64,000 nucleotides of DNA from Eledone cirrhosa (taxonomy: Eukaryota). The number at the start of each line of letters is the position of its first letter. Position 1 is the stretch's first letter. The stretch is from the NCBI GenBank assembly GCA_964016885.1, contig OZ024753.1, positions 13,888,001 through 13,952,000 of the forward strand, read 5' to 3'. The notes under the pieces were generated by a model that saw only the letters and a program-made list of their open reading frames with translations, did not search any database and was not told the DNA's origin. The position numbers and the translations under genes are program-made. Below are positions 36,425 through 49,098 of the stretch, piece by piece.

Positions 36425-39240
36425 TCATCATCATCATCATCATCATCGTTTAACGTCCATATTCCACGCTTGCATGGGTTTGGACGGGAGTTTTCCCACT
36501 TGAGGCAAGAGTGGTTGTCTTGCTCGCATAGGACTGTCTGGCGGGTTTTCTACGGCTGGATGCCCTTCCTAACACCAACCACATTTACAGTGTGGACTGG
36601 GAGGTTTTTACCGTGTTACCTACACGGCCACATTACAGCGTGGACTGTGTGTTTTTTTGTCGTGACACCTACACGATCTCATTTGTTTCGGGCTGGATGT
36701 TGTGGTACCAACATAACTTTACATTGAAAGGGGTGGTGTGGATGGGGTGGGGGTAGTGGGACGGGGGTGTATTTTATTAGAGGTGCCTACTGACTGTAGT
36801 AGGTTTCACTTTGCACTTAGGTAAGGCGGGTCTTCTCTATTACTGTGTAGCGCCAAAGATCTCAGTCCAGTGACATTGTCTTGGAGAGGTGTAAGTGTGT
36901 GAGGTCGGAATTTATCAAGTCGTCCCAGGTTATTCTGGGTCTGCCTACTCCGTGGCTACCGTCTATTTTTATTGCCCTGCACTTTTTTATACAGCTGTCG
37001 TCTTTCATGCACATCACGTGACCATACCAACGTAGTCTTCTCTCGAGTAAACAACATCTGATCCCTCTTATTCCTAATTTCTCCCTTAGTTCGTTTATGC
37101 TTTGCCATTCACGTATATTACTATTACACATCCAGCGGAGCATGCAAGCTTCGTTTCTCTCCAGTCTGCGTATATCCTCTGCACACAATGCCCAGGTCTC
37201 ACTGCCATGTAACATTGCTGTTCGTATGCAGGCATCATACAGCCTGCCTTTCATATTTAGAGAGAATCCTTTAGCGGCCAATAGTGGTATAAGCTCTCTG
37301 AACTTTTTCCATCCCGTTCTGACTCTAGCTACTGTACTTTCAGAGCACCCTCCCCCACTGCTGATTTTGTCACCCAGATAACGGAAGCTGTCCACTATTT
37401 CTATAGAACCATCTGTGCAATGGAATGAGTTAGTATTCTGTGGACACTTGCTGCTACTTATTGCACCAGAGCACCGGCCACATATAAAATCTACGTTCTT
37501 AGATAGCTTACCTGTGATCCCACTACATCTTTTATGTACCCATACTTTGCATTTGGGACATAAAATGGAGTTTCTACCTACTTCTTTCCTACACACTGAG
37601 CATGGCCATTTCCCAGATGGGACCGGTGCCCTATTTTCCTTCCCACAAACTAGAACTTTAGTCTTAGACAAGTTAACTTTAAGGCCTTTTGATTCTAGGC
37701 CATGCTTCCATGTTTGAAATTTCTTCTCTAGTTCAGCCATTGATTCAGCTATGAGCGTTAGATCATCTGCATATAGGAGTTCCCATGGGCAGCCAGTCTT
37801 GAACTCCTCTGTTATAGCCTGAAGGGCAATAATAAATAGTAGGGGGCTAAGGACGGAGCCCTGATGAACACCAACTTTTACGCTAAACTCTTCACTATAT
37901 TCGTTGTTAATTCTAACCTTGCTGACTGTTTCTTTATACATGGGTTGTATAGCTCTCACAAGCCATTCATCAAGACCTAGTTTTCTAAGGGCCCACCAGA
38001 TAATCGAGCGGGGTACTCTGTCAAAGGCTTTCTCCAAGTCAACAAAAGCTAAGTATAGGGGTTTACTTTTAGCTAGGTACTTCTCCTGTAGTTGTCGTAC
38101 AATGAAAAGAGCGTCTGTTGTACTTTTACCTGACACAAACCCGAACTGCATTTCGTCTAGATCAATTCGCTCTCTGATTAGTTGTGCTATTACTTTTTCT
38201 GTGACCTTCATGACCTGGTCAATTAATTTAATGCCTCCATAGTTTCCCCTATCTAGGGCATCACCTTTACCCTTGTAGCAGTTAATGATGATGCTGCTGC
38301 GCCAGTCCTTCGGAACGACCCCATTCTGTATGAGTTGGTTTACTATCCGGGTGACCATAGTGTGTTTCACCGTTCCAGATGCTTTCAGCATTTCAGCAAC
38401 TATTTCCGAAGGCCCGGCCGCCTTGCCCGTCTTCATGTTTTTGATTGCCTTACTTATTATACTACCTTCAACTAGCACTGCTGGTCCCTCTATTGGGTCG
38501 ATGTGGGGGAGACTGTCTTTCTCCCAATTATTCTCCTCATTTAGTAGCCTTTCGTAGTGACACTTCCAAGCTACCTTCTTATCAGCGTCAGTGATGGCAA
38601 GTACACCATTATCAGTAAGGACACACTTCTCCCCGACAATATCACTGTTTTCCTTGACACATTGCCTAGCAATCCTGAACACCTCACGTTTTTGGTCCTC
38701 GCTTTGTAGAACATGCTTGAACTTTCTTTCCTCTGCTTCCCTTCTTGTGAAGTACACTTGTCTCCTAGCTTCCCTCCTGGTCACTTGATAGTCTTCTCTA
38801 CTTCCCCCATCCCGCCATGCTTTCCAAGCCTGCTTTTTGGCCTTGATTGACCTCTCCACCTTACTGTTCCACCACCATGTTACTCTCCTCCTGCCTATAG
38901 GCCTGCTCCAGCCACAGGTTTCATCTGTCGCCTTCAACAAGTTAGCTTTCAGGAATTCCCACTGTTCCTCTATATTGTACGACTCTAATTGCTCTTCCTT
39001 ACTATCAAAAGCATCAAGTAATATGCTTTTAAATTTATTACTGGCTGTGGGGTCCTTTAATTTCCATATTTTTCTCCTGAGGATAGTCCTCTTCTGTTGT
39101 CGAATACATCTCGTCCTGACTATGAGGTCGCTAATTATGAGTCTATGTTGAGAGGTGCATTCTTCATGGGGGAGGGATTTAGTGTTTACAACAGACACTC
39201 TGTCACATCTTCTGGTAAGGATATAATCTACCTGGCTTGT
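36425..39240 (-). mobile_element. 5'-truncated RTE LINE (family B): end of APE, complete RT, PHD finger, 3'UTR
   Basis: Open from SQVDYIL through YADD to KTMSLD. Premature TGA at 36862 (CGA in the 2414 copy); natural stop ~36817. The ORF-track N-terminus beyond 39240 is read-through of unrelated repeats. Confidence 0.92.
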
Positions 39241-39292
39241 GTGTATGTATATATATATGAGTGTGTGTATGTATATAGATATATATATATAT

Positions 39293-39438
39293 GTGGTTGG
39301 TGTTAGGAAGGGCATCCAGCTGTAGAAAACCCGCCAGACAGTTCTATGCGAGCAAGACAACCACTCTTGCCTCAAGTGGGAAAACTCCCGTCCAAACCCA
39401 TGCAAGCGTGGAACATGGACGTTAAACGATGATGATGA

Positions 39439-39442
<4 letters not shown>
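39293..39442 (+). mobile_element. RTE family B terminal fragment, inverted relative to the adjacent element
   Basis: ttaggaagggcatcc...gacgttaaac(gat)n. Confidence 0.8.
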
Positions 39443-39482
<40 letters not shown>

Positions 39483-40089
39483 ATGTATATATATATATAT
39501 ATATATATGAGTGTGTGTATGTATATATATATATATATATGCAATGAGGTAAATAGGGTTTAGAATCAAATATATAAAGACCACAATATAAATAGCTAGC
39601 AAACACAATGCTTTGAACGTGTGTGATTTCAGTAAAGATATCATTTCACTTAATCTCATATAATTATAAAAAATATTTCAGGAACTTGAAAAATATCGTG
39701 TCTTTTATTTTCAAGCTTTCAGTGTGTTGGCCTTCTTCAATACTTGTAATCTGATGCATTTCGAAAACCAGAGAGACGAGCTGTATTTGTTTAAGTGTTT
39801 GCTAGTCGTTCGAGAAGCTAAAGCTGACAAGCTAGATAAAGTCCTGATAAGTTGTGTAATCGATGTTAGGTAATCAGATAATATTCATTCAGATGATACA
39901 CACAGTATATACATGCATATACATATATATATGTATTTGCATGTGTACACATGCATATACATATATATATGCATATATGTATATGCATATATATTCATGT
40001 ATATACATATATATATGCATATGTATGTGTATATATATATACGTATATATATATATATACATATACATGCATATATACACATATATGGG

Positions 40090-40600
40090 AGTGCACGCTA
40101 AAGAAGAAACCATGTGCGGGGTTTATAGTGGGAGGGCCAGTGCACAGTGACGGTCCCACTCACTCGGCCGCAGAAGCCAGAATCCGGTGGTACGGAGGAC
40201 CGTCACGACCAGGGTCTTCCTTGGCTGCAGTGGATGGCCACGACGTCTGTAGTGCCTTGCCCTGCCCTAGCTCTCCACACGCTTGCTGTCGTCGCCTTTG
40301 TGACCGTTGGGACGAGGTTGTCCTCCTCCACTCACTCCGCTGGGTCCAGACTTCGCATACAGGGGCAGGCATCCGCTTTCTAACTCACCGGGGGGTTTCA
40401 GACCCGTCCGGCTACCCTCAACATGGTTCGGCCTGCCAGCCAAGGTGGTTTACCGGTTTGTGGCCGCTGTCGCATTCTACAGCTTCTTGGGGCCACAGGT
40501 GAGAGCTGAGTGTCAGGTGGGACCCAATGCTGGACGAGCTGTCATGAAAAGGGCATGCCTAGCCCTCCCTACAGGGGTACATGTCGCTCCCTGACACCCC
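40090..40600 (-). pseudogene. GC-rich degenerate LINE fragment, possibly L1/Tx1-like
   Basis: The minus strand gives GGLGMP, a motif typical of the L1/Tx1 post-RT region; the rest is disrupted. Confidence 0.3.
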
Positions 40601-41069
40601 AGACATATACACACGCATATACATACACATACATATGTACATGTGTATATACATATTTACTCATTTTTGGATGGCCGTTGACTTTTATGAGTTCTTCCGC
40701 CCTTTGTCAGGTTTTTTTTTTTCTTGTTCTGCAGGGTGTCCAAAATCCCCCTCCTCACCAAGTAAACTGTCCAAAATCCCCCTCCTCACCAACAAGCCGA
40801 CGACCCGACCATGCGACAGGTTGTACTGGTTTACATGTTACCAATAGCACTCAAGAGTGACATGACTGGTATATATATATGTATATATATAAATTATTCC
40901 GGGTTGAATCGGAGGTAACCACAGTACGTAAGGTACTCAATACATAGCAGAGTATAACAGTTCTAGTCTTGTAGAGGCTCTTCTATGCAATGTGTGTATG
41001 CGCGCGTGCGCGCGTACACACACACACACGCACACGCACACGCACACACACACACACACACACACACCA

Positions 41070-42200
41070 TGCAGATGATGTAGCGCTCACGCCGGCGTTG
41101 GAGAGAATAAAGTTTGAGTTTTTCTTGTCGACCCCAATAGTGAAGGCCTGTCATGCCATCTATCTATTTTGTGATTGACCTTTGAGGAGCTACAATTTTC
41201 ATGTTACTTTGTTTCGTGTGGGGAGACCACAGTGGACAACAATATTCAAGGTGACGTCGGGCAACAGTGAAGAAGAGAAGGATAATAGTGTGGATATCTC
41301 TCGACTGGAAAGTTCTGAGAATCCAGGAACACATTCTGCGGGCCATGTCAACTTTGCTGTTTATATGAGTGACACAGCTTATGTTGTTCTACATAATTAC
41401 TCCCAAGTCTCTGATGTTGTTGAATGCCACGAGAGTTTCACCTGAAGGAAAAGAGTATGGGAGTTTCTGGGTATCCTCTTTTCCAAAGTGGATTAACTCA
41501 AATTTATCCTTGTTCAGCAGCATATTGTTCTTTATCGCCCATTGCATAACAGCCAGTAGATCTGATTGGAGGAATATCCGATCACCCATGCCATTGGTGA
41601 CCTTCTGGAGCTTGGAGTCATCTGCAAAGATTCTTATGTTGCTGTGCTTGATGATGTCAGTAATTTCATTTATATAGATAATGAAAATAAGTGCCTTGCA
41701 GAAGGCCACTACTTACTTTGGCTGGGCTTAATTTTACTCCTTCGACATCAACATGCTGGACTCTGTCTATAAGGAAACACTTGATTCATTGCAGTAACTT
41801 TCAAGAGACACGAATGTTGGATAGCTTTTTCAGTAGAATGTTGCGATCAAACCTGTCAAAGGCTTTGCTGAAATCAAGATAGATGACATCAGTGTTGGAG
41901 CCCTCTCCCAAAGCTCTTAAAATGTCATCAAGTGATGCAAGAGCTGCGTTACGCAGTCCCCTCCATTACGGAACACATGTTGGCCGGAGTTCAGCAGGCC
42001 GTTGCTTTCAAGACAGTGAGACTATTTGTGATCTGCCCACCCTCTTAAATACCTTGATGATATGGCAAGTGGGTGAGATCGGACGACAATTCACTGCAAG
42101 GGACTTGTTTCCCTTTTTGAAAGCTGGGACAACAGACTGGGACAGAAAGTTGTCAGGAATATAGCCAGCATCCGGTGAGTTCCTCCACAGATCAGGAAGA
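41070..42200 (-). pseudogene. Degenerate CR1-group LINE RT fragments
   Basis: NCRPISPTCHIIKVF, LDFSKAFDR, IFADDSKL, HLEYCCPLWSPH and LYSLQRRRERY in shifted frames. Confidence 0.85.
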
Positions 42201-42219
42201 TATATATATATATGTATAT

Positions 42220-42279
<60 letters not shown>

Positions 42280-42320
42280 TTATATATGTATGTATATATA
42301 TACATACTTATATAAATATA

Positions 42321-42402
<82 letters not shown>

Positions 42403-42539
42403 AATATATATATATATATATACTTATATAAATATATAAATATATATGTATATATATACTTATATAAATATATATATATATACATACTTATATAAATATA
42501 TATATATGTATGTATATAAATATATATATATGTATATAT

Positions 42540-43426
42540 GCTACCTAGGTGACCGAATTAGCAACGGAGGTGGGTGTTCAGAAAGTACAATAACTAGGGT
42601 AAGAACGGGATGGAAGAAGTTTAGGGAACTACTACCACTGCTAGCTGCAAAAGGCTTCTCCCTCAGAATGAAAGGCAGACTGTATGATGCGTGTATCCGA
42701 ACAGCGATGTTGCATGGTAGTGAGACCTGGGCACTGAAGGTGGAAGACTTACATAGATTAGAGAGAAACGAAGCCTGCATGCTCCGATGGATGTGTAACA
42801 GTAATATACGTGAACGACAAAGCATAAATGAATTGAGAGAGAGACTGAGCATAAGAGGAATCAAATGCTGTGTGCAGGAGAGGCGGTTGCGCTGGTATGG
42901 ACATGTGATGCGTATGAAGGATGACAGCTTCATAAAAAGGTGCAGAGCACTAGAAGTTGATGGAAACCGCGGAGTGGGGAGACCCAAGATGACGTGGGAT
43001 GAGGTGATAAAAGCCGACCTTACCCAATTACACCTCGCAAAGAGAATGACACACGACCGTGACTTCTGGCGTCACGCAGTAATACAGAGTACCCGACCTC
43101 CCATGGGTACATGCTGAAGCATATAAACAATATGCCCCACCCCCCACCGCAAGGTGGTCGTGGAGGTGCCACGGCAAAAAAAGCACCCAGCCCACACTGT
43201 AAAGTGGACGTGTAGGCGCCACGAAAAAGCACCCAGCACTCACTGTAAATGAGGTTGGTGTTAGGAAGGGCATCCAGCTGTAGAAATGAAGCCAGATCAG
43301 TTCCTGTATGAGCAAGGCATGGTCAGCCGACCAGACACTGCACACAACAGGACAACCCGTCTAACCCATGCTAGCGTGGAAGAACGGACGTAAAACGGTG
43401 ATGATGATGATGATGATGATGATGAT
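42540..43426 (+). mobile_element. 5'-truncated RTE family A copy
   Basis: Near-identical to the reverse complement of 21205-22081, ending GTC* + 3'UTR + (GAT)n. Confidence 0.92.
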
Positions 43427-43465
43427 GAGTGTGTGTATGTATATATATATATATATGAGTGTGTG

Positions 43466-43519
<54 letters not shown>

Positions 43520-43525
43520 TGGGTA

Positions 43526-43562
<37 letters not shown>

Positions 43563-44034
43563 GTGTGTGTGTGTGTGTAAATATATATATATATATATAT
43601 GTATCCAATCACTATGTATATATACATGGGTATGTGTATATATATATATATATATGCATGTGTGTAAATATATATATATATGTACGTATCCAGTCAATAT
43701 ATATTGGTCGGTAGCAAGTGCTGTGTTTAAACCAATTCCCCAGTTATCAAGATAACAGTTTAGTGATTGTCACCTGAAACTGAACTAGACGTGTCAATAA
43801 TGAGGTTGGAATATTACTACCTTGTTGTTGTTACTTCTGTACTTCTCTTATATAAGAACATCTCGTCCTTTTGTGTTCTGAGCTCAAAATCTGCTGAGGT
43901 CAGCTTTGTTTTTCATCCTCACGGGGTTAATAAAAGAAAGTACCAGTAACGCACTGGGATTGAGTTAATTGACTTTCCCCTCTCCCCAAAATGTTGGCTT
44001 TGTTTCTAAATCAGAAATCATTATATAAGAAAGC

Positions 44035-44225
44035 AAGGTGGTGGATTGGCAGTATCAGTAGAGGGTCGGACGCCATGCTTTCCAGCATAGTTACGTCCCT
44101 TTACGATCTGAGTTCAAATCCCGCCGAGGTTGACTTTGCCTTTCATCCTTACGGGGTCGATAAAATAAAGTACCAGTAATGCACTGGGTAATTGCTGGCC
44201 TTGTGCCTAAAGTAGAAACAATTAT
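44035..44225 (+). mobile_element. tRNA-derived SINE, second family (Meta-domain-like core)
   Basis: ggattggcagtatc...gagttcaaatcccgccgaggttgactttgcctttcatccttacggggtcgataaaataaagtaccag. Other copies at ~26207, 61385 and 62395, with many partials. Confidence 0.7.
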
Positions 44226-44493
44226 ATAAGAAAGCATGTTCTCCGTTTAACCTTTTGGTATTTACATTATATATACTATTTTGATATTATTTATTTTGAT
44301 ATTATTTATTTTGAGAACAATACCTGAAAGTCAGTATGAGCAGCCAGTTACAGCTAGTTTGAACAGAAAGAGGTGAAAGAATCTTGGCCAGTTTAAATGC
44401 TAAAGGGTTAAATCCAGATGAGGCTGACATTGGCTGTCATCATTCTAGATTTTCTTAAAATAAAGTACCAGTTACATGCTGGGGTTGATATAA

Positions 44494-45470
44494 TCATCCG
44501 GCGACCTCAGCTGAAATCGACGCAACATTTGATCTCCACGTGGTAGGGGGGGGGGGGGGGGGGGGTCTGTCGTTCATTGCTGTTGCCAAGTCCTGGATTT
44601 CAATACCAGAATCTCTGGAGATGACATCGAGATAGGAGAGCTTGTGCCCCCTGTTATTATTGACTGCTTGTGTCTCCAAAGCACTAATGGGGACACAGCC
44701 TCAGAGGTGGCACGATGGCAGAGGCCAGCAAATTGGGATAGGAGAGCTTGTTCCCCCTGTTATTAGAGACTGCTTGTGGTTTCCAAAGCACTAATAGGGA
44801 CACAGCCTCAGAGGTGGCACGATGGCAGAGGCCAGCAAATTGGGATAGGAGAGCTTGTGCCCCCTGATATTAGAGACTGCTTGTGTCTCCAAAGCACTAA
44901 TGGGGACACAGCCTCAGAGGTGGCACGATGGCAGAGGCCAGCAGATTGGGATAGGAGAGCTTGTGCCCCCTGTTATTAGAGACTGCTTGTGGTTTCCAAA
45001 GCACTAATGGGGACACAGCCTCAGAGGTGGCACGATGGCAGAGGCCAGCAAATTGGGATAGGAGAGCTTGTGCCCCCTGTTATTAGAGACTGCTTGTGGT
45101 TTCCAAAGCACTAATAGGGACACAGCCTCAGAGGTGGCACGATGGCAGAGGCCAGCAAATTGGGATAGGAGAGCTTGTGTCCCCTGTTATTAGAGACTGC
45201 TTGTGGTTTCCACAGCACTACTAGGGACACAGCCTCAGAGGTGGCACGATGGCAGTGGCCAGCAAATTGGAATAGGAGAGCTTGTGCCCCATGTTATTAG
45301 TGGCTTATTTTGGTTTCCAAAGCATTAATGGGGACACAGCCTCAGAGGTGGCACGATGGCTGTGGTCAGCAAATCTTACTCTCCTTTTACGTACAACAAC
45401 AGACATGCGTGGGAGGCCAGCATATATCTCTCTCAATGTCAGATGTCACCAGCTTCTGTTCTGAATGTGT
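44494..45470 (-). mobile_element. LINE ORF2 C-terminal remnant with a ~107-bp tandem array (~7 copies)
   Basis: Minus strand reads QFAGLCHRATSEAVSLLVLWKPQ..RGHKLSYLDVISRDSG...AMNDR..WR*; repeats span 44630-45370. Confidence 0.7.
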
Positions 45471-45482
45471 CGACTTAGGCAA

Positions 45483-45747
45483 GTGTAGGTGCCATCAAGG
45501 TAGAAGTAGTAGTAGTGTAGGTGCCATCAAGGTAGTAGTAGTAGTAGTAGTAGTAGTAGTGTAGGTGTCATCAAGGTAGTAATAGTAGTAGTAGTGTAGG
45601 TGCCATCAAGGTAGTAGTAGTAGTAGTAGTGTAGGTGCCATCAAGGTAGTAGTAGTAGTAGTAGTGTAGGTGCCATCAAGGTAGTAGTAGTAGTAGTAGT
45701 GTAGGTGTCATCAAGGTAGAAGTAGTAGTAGTGTAGGTGCCATCAAG

Positions 45748-45780
<33 letters not shown>

Positions 45781-45860
45781 TAGGTGTCATCAAGGGAGAA
45801 GTAGTAGTAGTGTAGGTGCCATCAAGGTAGTAGTAGTAGTAGTAGTAGTGTAGGTGCCAT
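45483..45860. repeat. Compound repeat gtgtaggtgccatcaag(gta)n, ~11 units
   Basis: Constant 17-nt core with variable (GTA)n tracts between units. Confidence 0.9.
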
Positions 45861-46269
45861 GTCTAACTTCACCCCTTCTCCCTTCAAATTTCTAACCTTC
45901 TGCCTATGTTATAAATTATTATCATGTAAGAATACAATGTATGTCCATACTGCAGGGGGAAGGGGGTCCCTCCTGTCTCTTAAAAGCCCCCCCCCCCCCA
46001 ATAAAAAAAAACACTTACAAACAAAAAATAGTACAATTACTATTAAGGAACGACTGTTTTGTGTTGAGCTGGGGCTAAACGAAAACAACAACAACAATAA
46101 CTACAGTAACAACAACAACTAGGGTAACAACAACAACAATAACTACAGTAACAACAATAACTACGGTAACAGCAACAACAACAATAAAAAAAGCGATCAG
46201 TTTAGCCAATATGAATTATTATGATTTATTATATTATTGAAGTATTTATTCTTTCTCTGACTAGTTACT

Positions 46270-46323
<54 letters not shown>

Positions 46324-46586
46324 GGAAAAAATGAAACGATATTTCATTTCCCACTCTTAGTACGGCTGTTACTTAAATATAAGTATGTACACGTACATAC
46401 ATATATGTATACCGACGTACAGTAGTATGTATATATATATATACATACATGCACACATATATATATGCACGTATGGATTCACCGAACATTTATTATAATG
46501 CTCGGTGTGTTTGTAAACAAACATCCCGTATTAAGCCGTAGTGTCTAGCAACCACCGTTGCTCGTTTGTTCAACACTGACAAAGGA

Positions 46587-46629
46587 ACGCTGTACTAGTT
46601 TCAAGCTTGTTAGCTATCGTCAGCAACGT
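46587..46629 (-). ncRNA. Type I hammerhead ribozyme (copy 1)
   Basis: Reverse complement of 47236-47278. Confidence 0.75.
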
Positions 46630-47008
46630 ATACCTTCCTGCCAGATTGTTGAACGTATATACTTACCTTATGCATATTAACGGCTGAGTAGCCCAATATG
46701 CATATCGAGTGGGTTAATCGGCCGGGTGCACCGAAAACGATAAACGGAAAAAATGAAACGATATTTCATTTCCCACTCTTAGTACGGCTGTTACTTAAAT
46801 ATAAGTATGTACACGTACATACATATATGTATACCGACGTACAGTAGTATGTATATATATATATACATACATGCACACATATATATATGCACGTATGGAT
46901 TCACCGAACATTTATTATAATGCTCGGTGTGTTTGTAAACAAACATCCCGTATTAAGCCGTAGTGTCTAGCAACCACCGTTGCTCGTTTGTTCAACACTG
47001 ACAAAGGA

Positions 47009-47051
47009 ACGCTGTACTAGTTTCAAGCTTGTTAGCTATCGTCAGCAACGT
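47009..47051 (-). ncRNA. Type I hammerhead ribozyme (copy 2)
   Basis: Reverse complement of 47236-47278. Confidence 0.75.
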
Positions 47052-47235
47052 ATACCTTCCTGCCAGATTGTTGAACGTATATACTTACCTTATGCATATT
47101 AACGGCTGAGTAGCCCAATATGCATATCGAGTGGGTTAATCGGCCGGTTAACCCACTCGATATGCATATTGGGCTACTCAGCCGTTAATATGCATAAGGT
47201 AAGTATATACGTTCAACAATCTGGCAGGAAGGTAT

Positions 47236-47278
47236 ACGTTGCTGACGATAGCTAACAAGCTTGAAACTAGTACAGCGT
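47236..47278 (+). ncRNA. Type I hammerhead ribozyme (copy 3)
   Basis: acgttg-CTGACGA-t-agct-aaca-agct-t-GAAA-ctag-TA-cagcgt; predicted cleavage after GUA at 47272. Confidence 0.78.
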
Positions 47279-47657
47279 TCCTTTGTCAGTGTTGAACAAA
47301 CGAGCAACGGTGGTTGCTAGACACTACGGCTTAATACGGGATGTTTGTTTACAAACACACCGAGCATTATAATAAATGTTCGGTGAATCCATACGTGCAT
47401 ATATATATGTGTGCATGTATGTATATATATATATACATACTACTGTACGTCGGTATACATATATGTATGTACGTGTACATACTTATATTTAAGTAACAGC
47501 CGTACTAAGAGTGGGAAATGAAATATCGTTTCATTTTTTCCGTTTATCGTTTTCGGTGCACCCGGCCGATTAACCCACTCGATATGCATATTGGGCTACT
47601 CAGCCGTTAATATGCATAAGGTAAGTATATACGTTCAACAATCTGGCAGGAAGGTAT

Positions 47658-47700
47658 ACGTTGCTGACGATAGCTAACAAGCTTGAAACTAGTACAGCGT
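47658..47700 (+). ncRNA. Type I hammerhead ribozyme (copy 4)
   Basis: Identical motif 422 nt downstream of copy 3. Confidence 0.78.
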
Positions 47701-47903
47701 TCCTTTGTCAGTGTTGAACAAACGAGCAACGGTGGTTGCTAGACACTACGGCTTAATACGGGATGTTTGTTTACAAACACACCGAGCATTATAATAAATG
47801 TTCGGTGAATCCATACGTGCATATATATATGTGTGCATGTATGTATATATATATATACATACTACTGTACGTCGGTATACATATATGTATGTACGTGTAC
47901 ATA

Positions 47904-47951
<48 letters not shown>

Positions 47952-47952
<1 letters not shown>

Positions 47953-48139
47953 CGAATGAAAAGTGGTAAGGAACCAGGTGGACCATAACGCACCAAAGTA
48001 CTCAATACTTAGGGTAGTAGAGTGGGTAATAGGAGTAAGTAAGACCCCGACGGTTGAGCTCAAGCCGTTTCGACGGCTAATTCAGTACAGAATTAGCCGT
48101 CGAAACGGCTTGAGCTCAGCCGTCGGGGTCTTACTTACT

Positions 48140-48144
<5 letters not shown>
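47952..48144. mobile_element. Small fold-back element carrying hammerhead 3' halves
   Basis: Near-perfect palindrome 48029-48144 containing GAAA-cggc..gccg-TC on each strand; flanked by (TA)n. Confidence 0.55.
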
Positions 48145-48178
<34 letters not shown>

Positions 48179-48222
48179 AAGTTAAATAAAAGTCAAATGA
48201 TTAAAATTTAGCTTCGTTTATT

Positions 48223-48277
48223 ACTGCTATATATATTTCAGTGACAGCCATCTTTGGCTGTGACCTCTTCAGGCAGT
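48223..48277 (-). ncRNA. Minimal type I hammerhead motif
   Basis: actgc-CTGAAGA-ggtcacagcc-aaagat-ggctgtcact-GAAA-tatata-TA-gcagt. Confidence 0.72.
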
Positions 48278-48681
48278 TTGAATTAGTATGGTATAGACAA
48301 GTACATATGTTGTTTAGGTGTATAATATTGTCAATACTCTGATATGCCCAGTTCCTTGTTGGGTTGTTAATTCACCAGAGTGCTCCAGCCTGCATACTGA
48401 GGTGTTGGTATACAACCAACATAAACTCAAAATCTATATATATATATATATATCGTTTCTGAATTTGTTTAGCAAGATTCTTTATCTGAAAACGTGTGTT
48501 GAAACCGATATTGTTATACTTTGGGAGGGTCATGTTGCCAATAAGAAACACACGCACCAGTTGCTTTCACTCCAATTTATTATAAATTGAATTATAAATT
48601 ATAAATTTAAGAATTTATAAATTTCCGGTTGGTTGGCTGGTTGGTTGTTTGGTTCCACAACCGGATGGTTGTTCATATATT

Positions 48682-48724
48682 GTCAAAGTTCTTTCGTCAC
48701 ACATTCCGTGACCTCTTCAGTGAC
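48682..48724 (-). ncRNA. Minimal type I hammerhead motif
   Basis: gtca-CTGAAGA-g-gtcac-ggaatgt-gtgac-GAAA-gaac-TT-tgac. Confidence 0.62.
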
Positions 48725-48783
48725 TGGGATTCTTCTCTTTGTTTTGTGCCTCTCCTTTGTTCTGTCCTACGCCATCTTGTTTT

Positions 48784-48818
<35 letters not shown>

Positions 48819-48907
48819 GTATGTATATATATATATATGTATGTATATATATATAAATGAAAATAGAGAAATTAATGTGAGCAAGAAGCCAACAGTAATT
48901 CATACAT

Positions 48908-48909
<2 letters not shown>

Positions 48910-48950
<41 letters not shown>

Positions 48951-49058
48951 AAATGACGTAATTCCGTCGGAAAAGTCCAGGAAAAAAGAGTGCTCTATGT
49001 AGGTAACAGAGCTTAATAGTTATGTAATAAACATAATTGCCTTATGTTGTTTATTACA

Positions 49059-49098
<40 letters not shown>

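Larger units (their letters stand above)
46319..47909. mobile_element. Retrozyme / non-autonomous Penelope-like element: 422-bp unit, tandem dimer plus inverted tandem dimer, inserted in (TA)n
   Basis: Period 422 (taaacggaaaa at 46319 and 46741); symmetry centre cgg|ccg at 47143/47144; each unit carries a hammerhead. Confidence 0.8.

Noticed and set aside
39241-39606. N-terminus of the 914-aa ORF as a novel fusion
   Set aside because: Chance read-through of microsatellite and an inverted RTE 3'UTR.
39710-39745. Minus-strand TTGAAGA...GAAA-gc-TT motif
   Set aside because: Stems I and II do not pair convincingly.
45483-45860. CRISPR-like constant repeat with variable spacers
   Set aside because: The spacers are only (GTA)n of different lengths; eukaryotic context and no cas genes.
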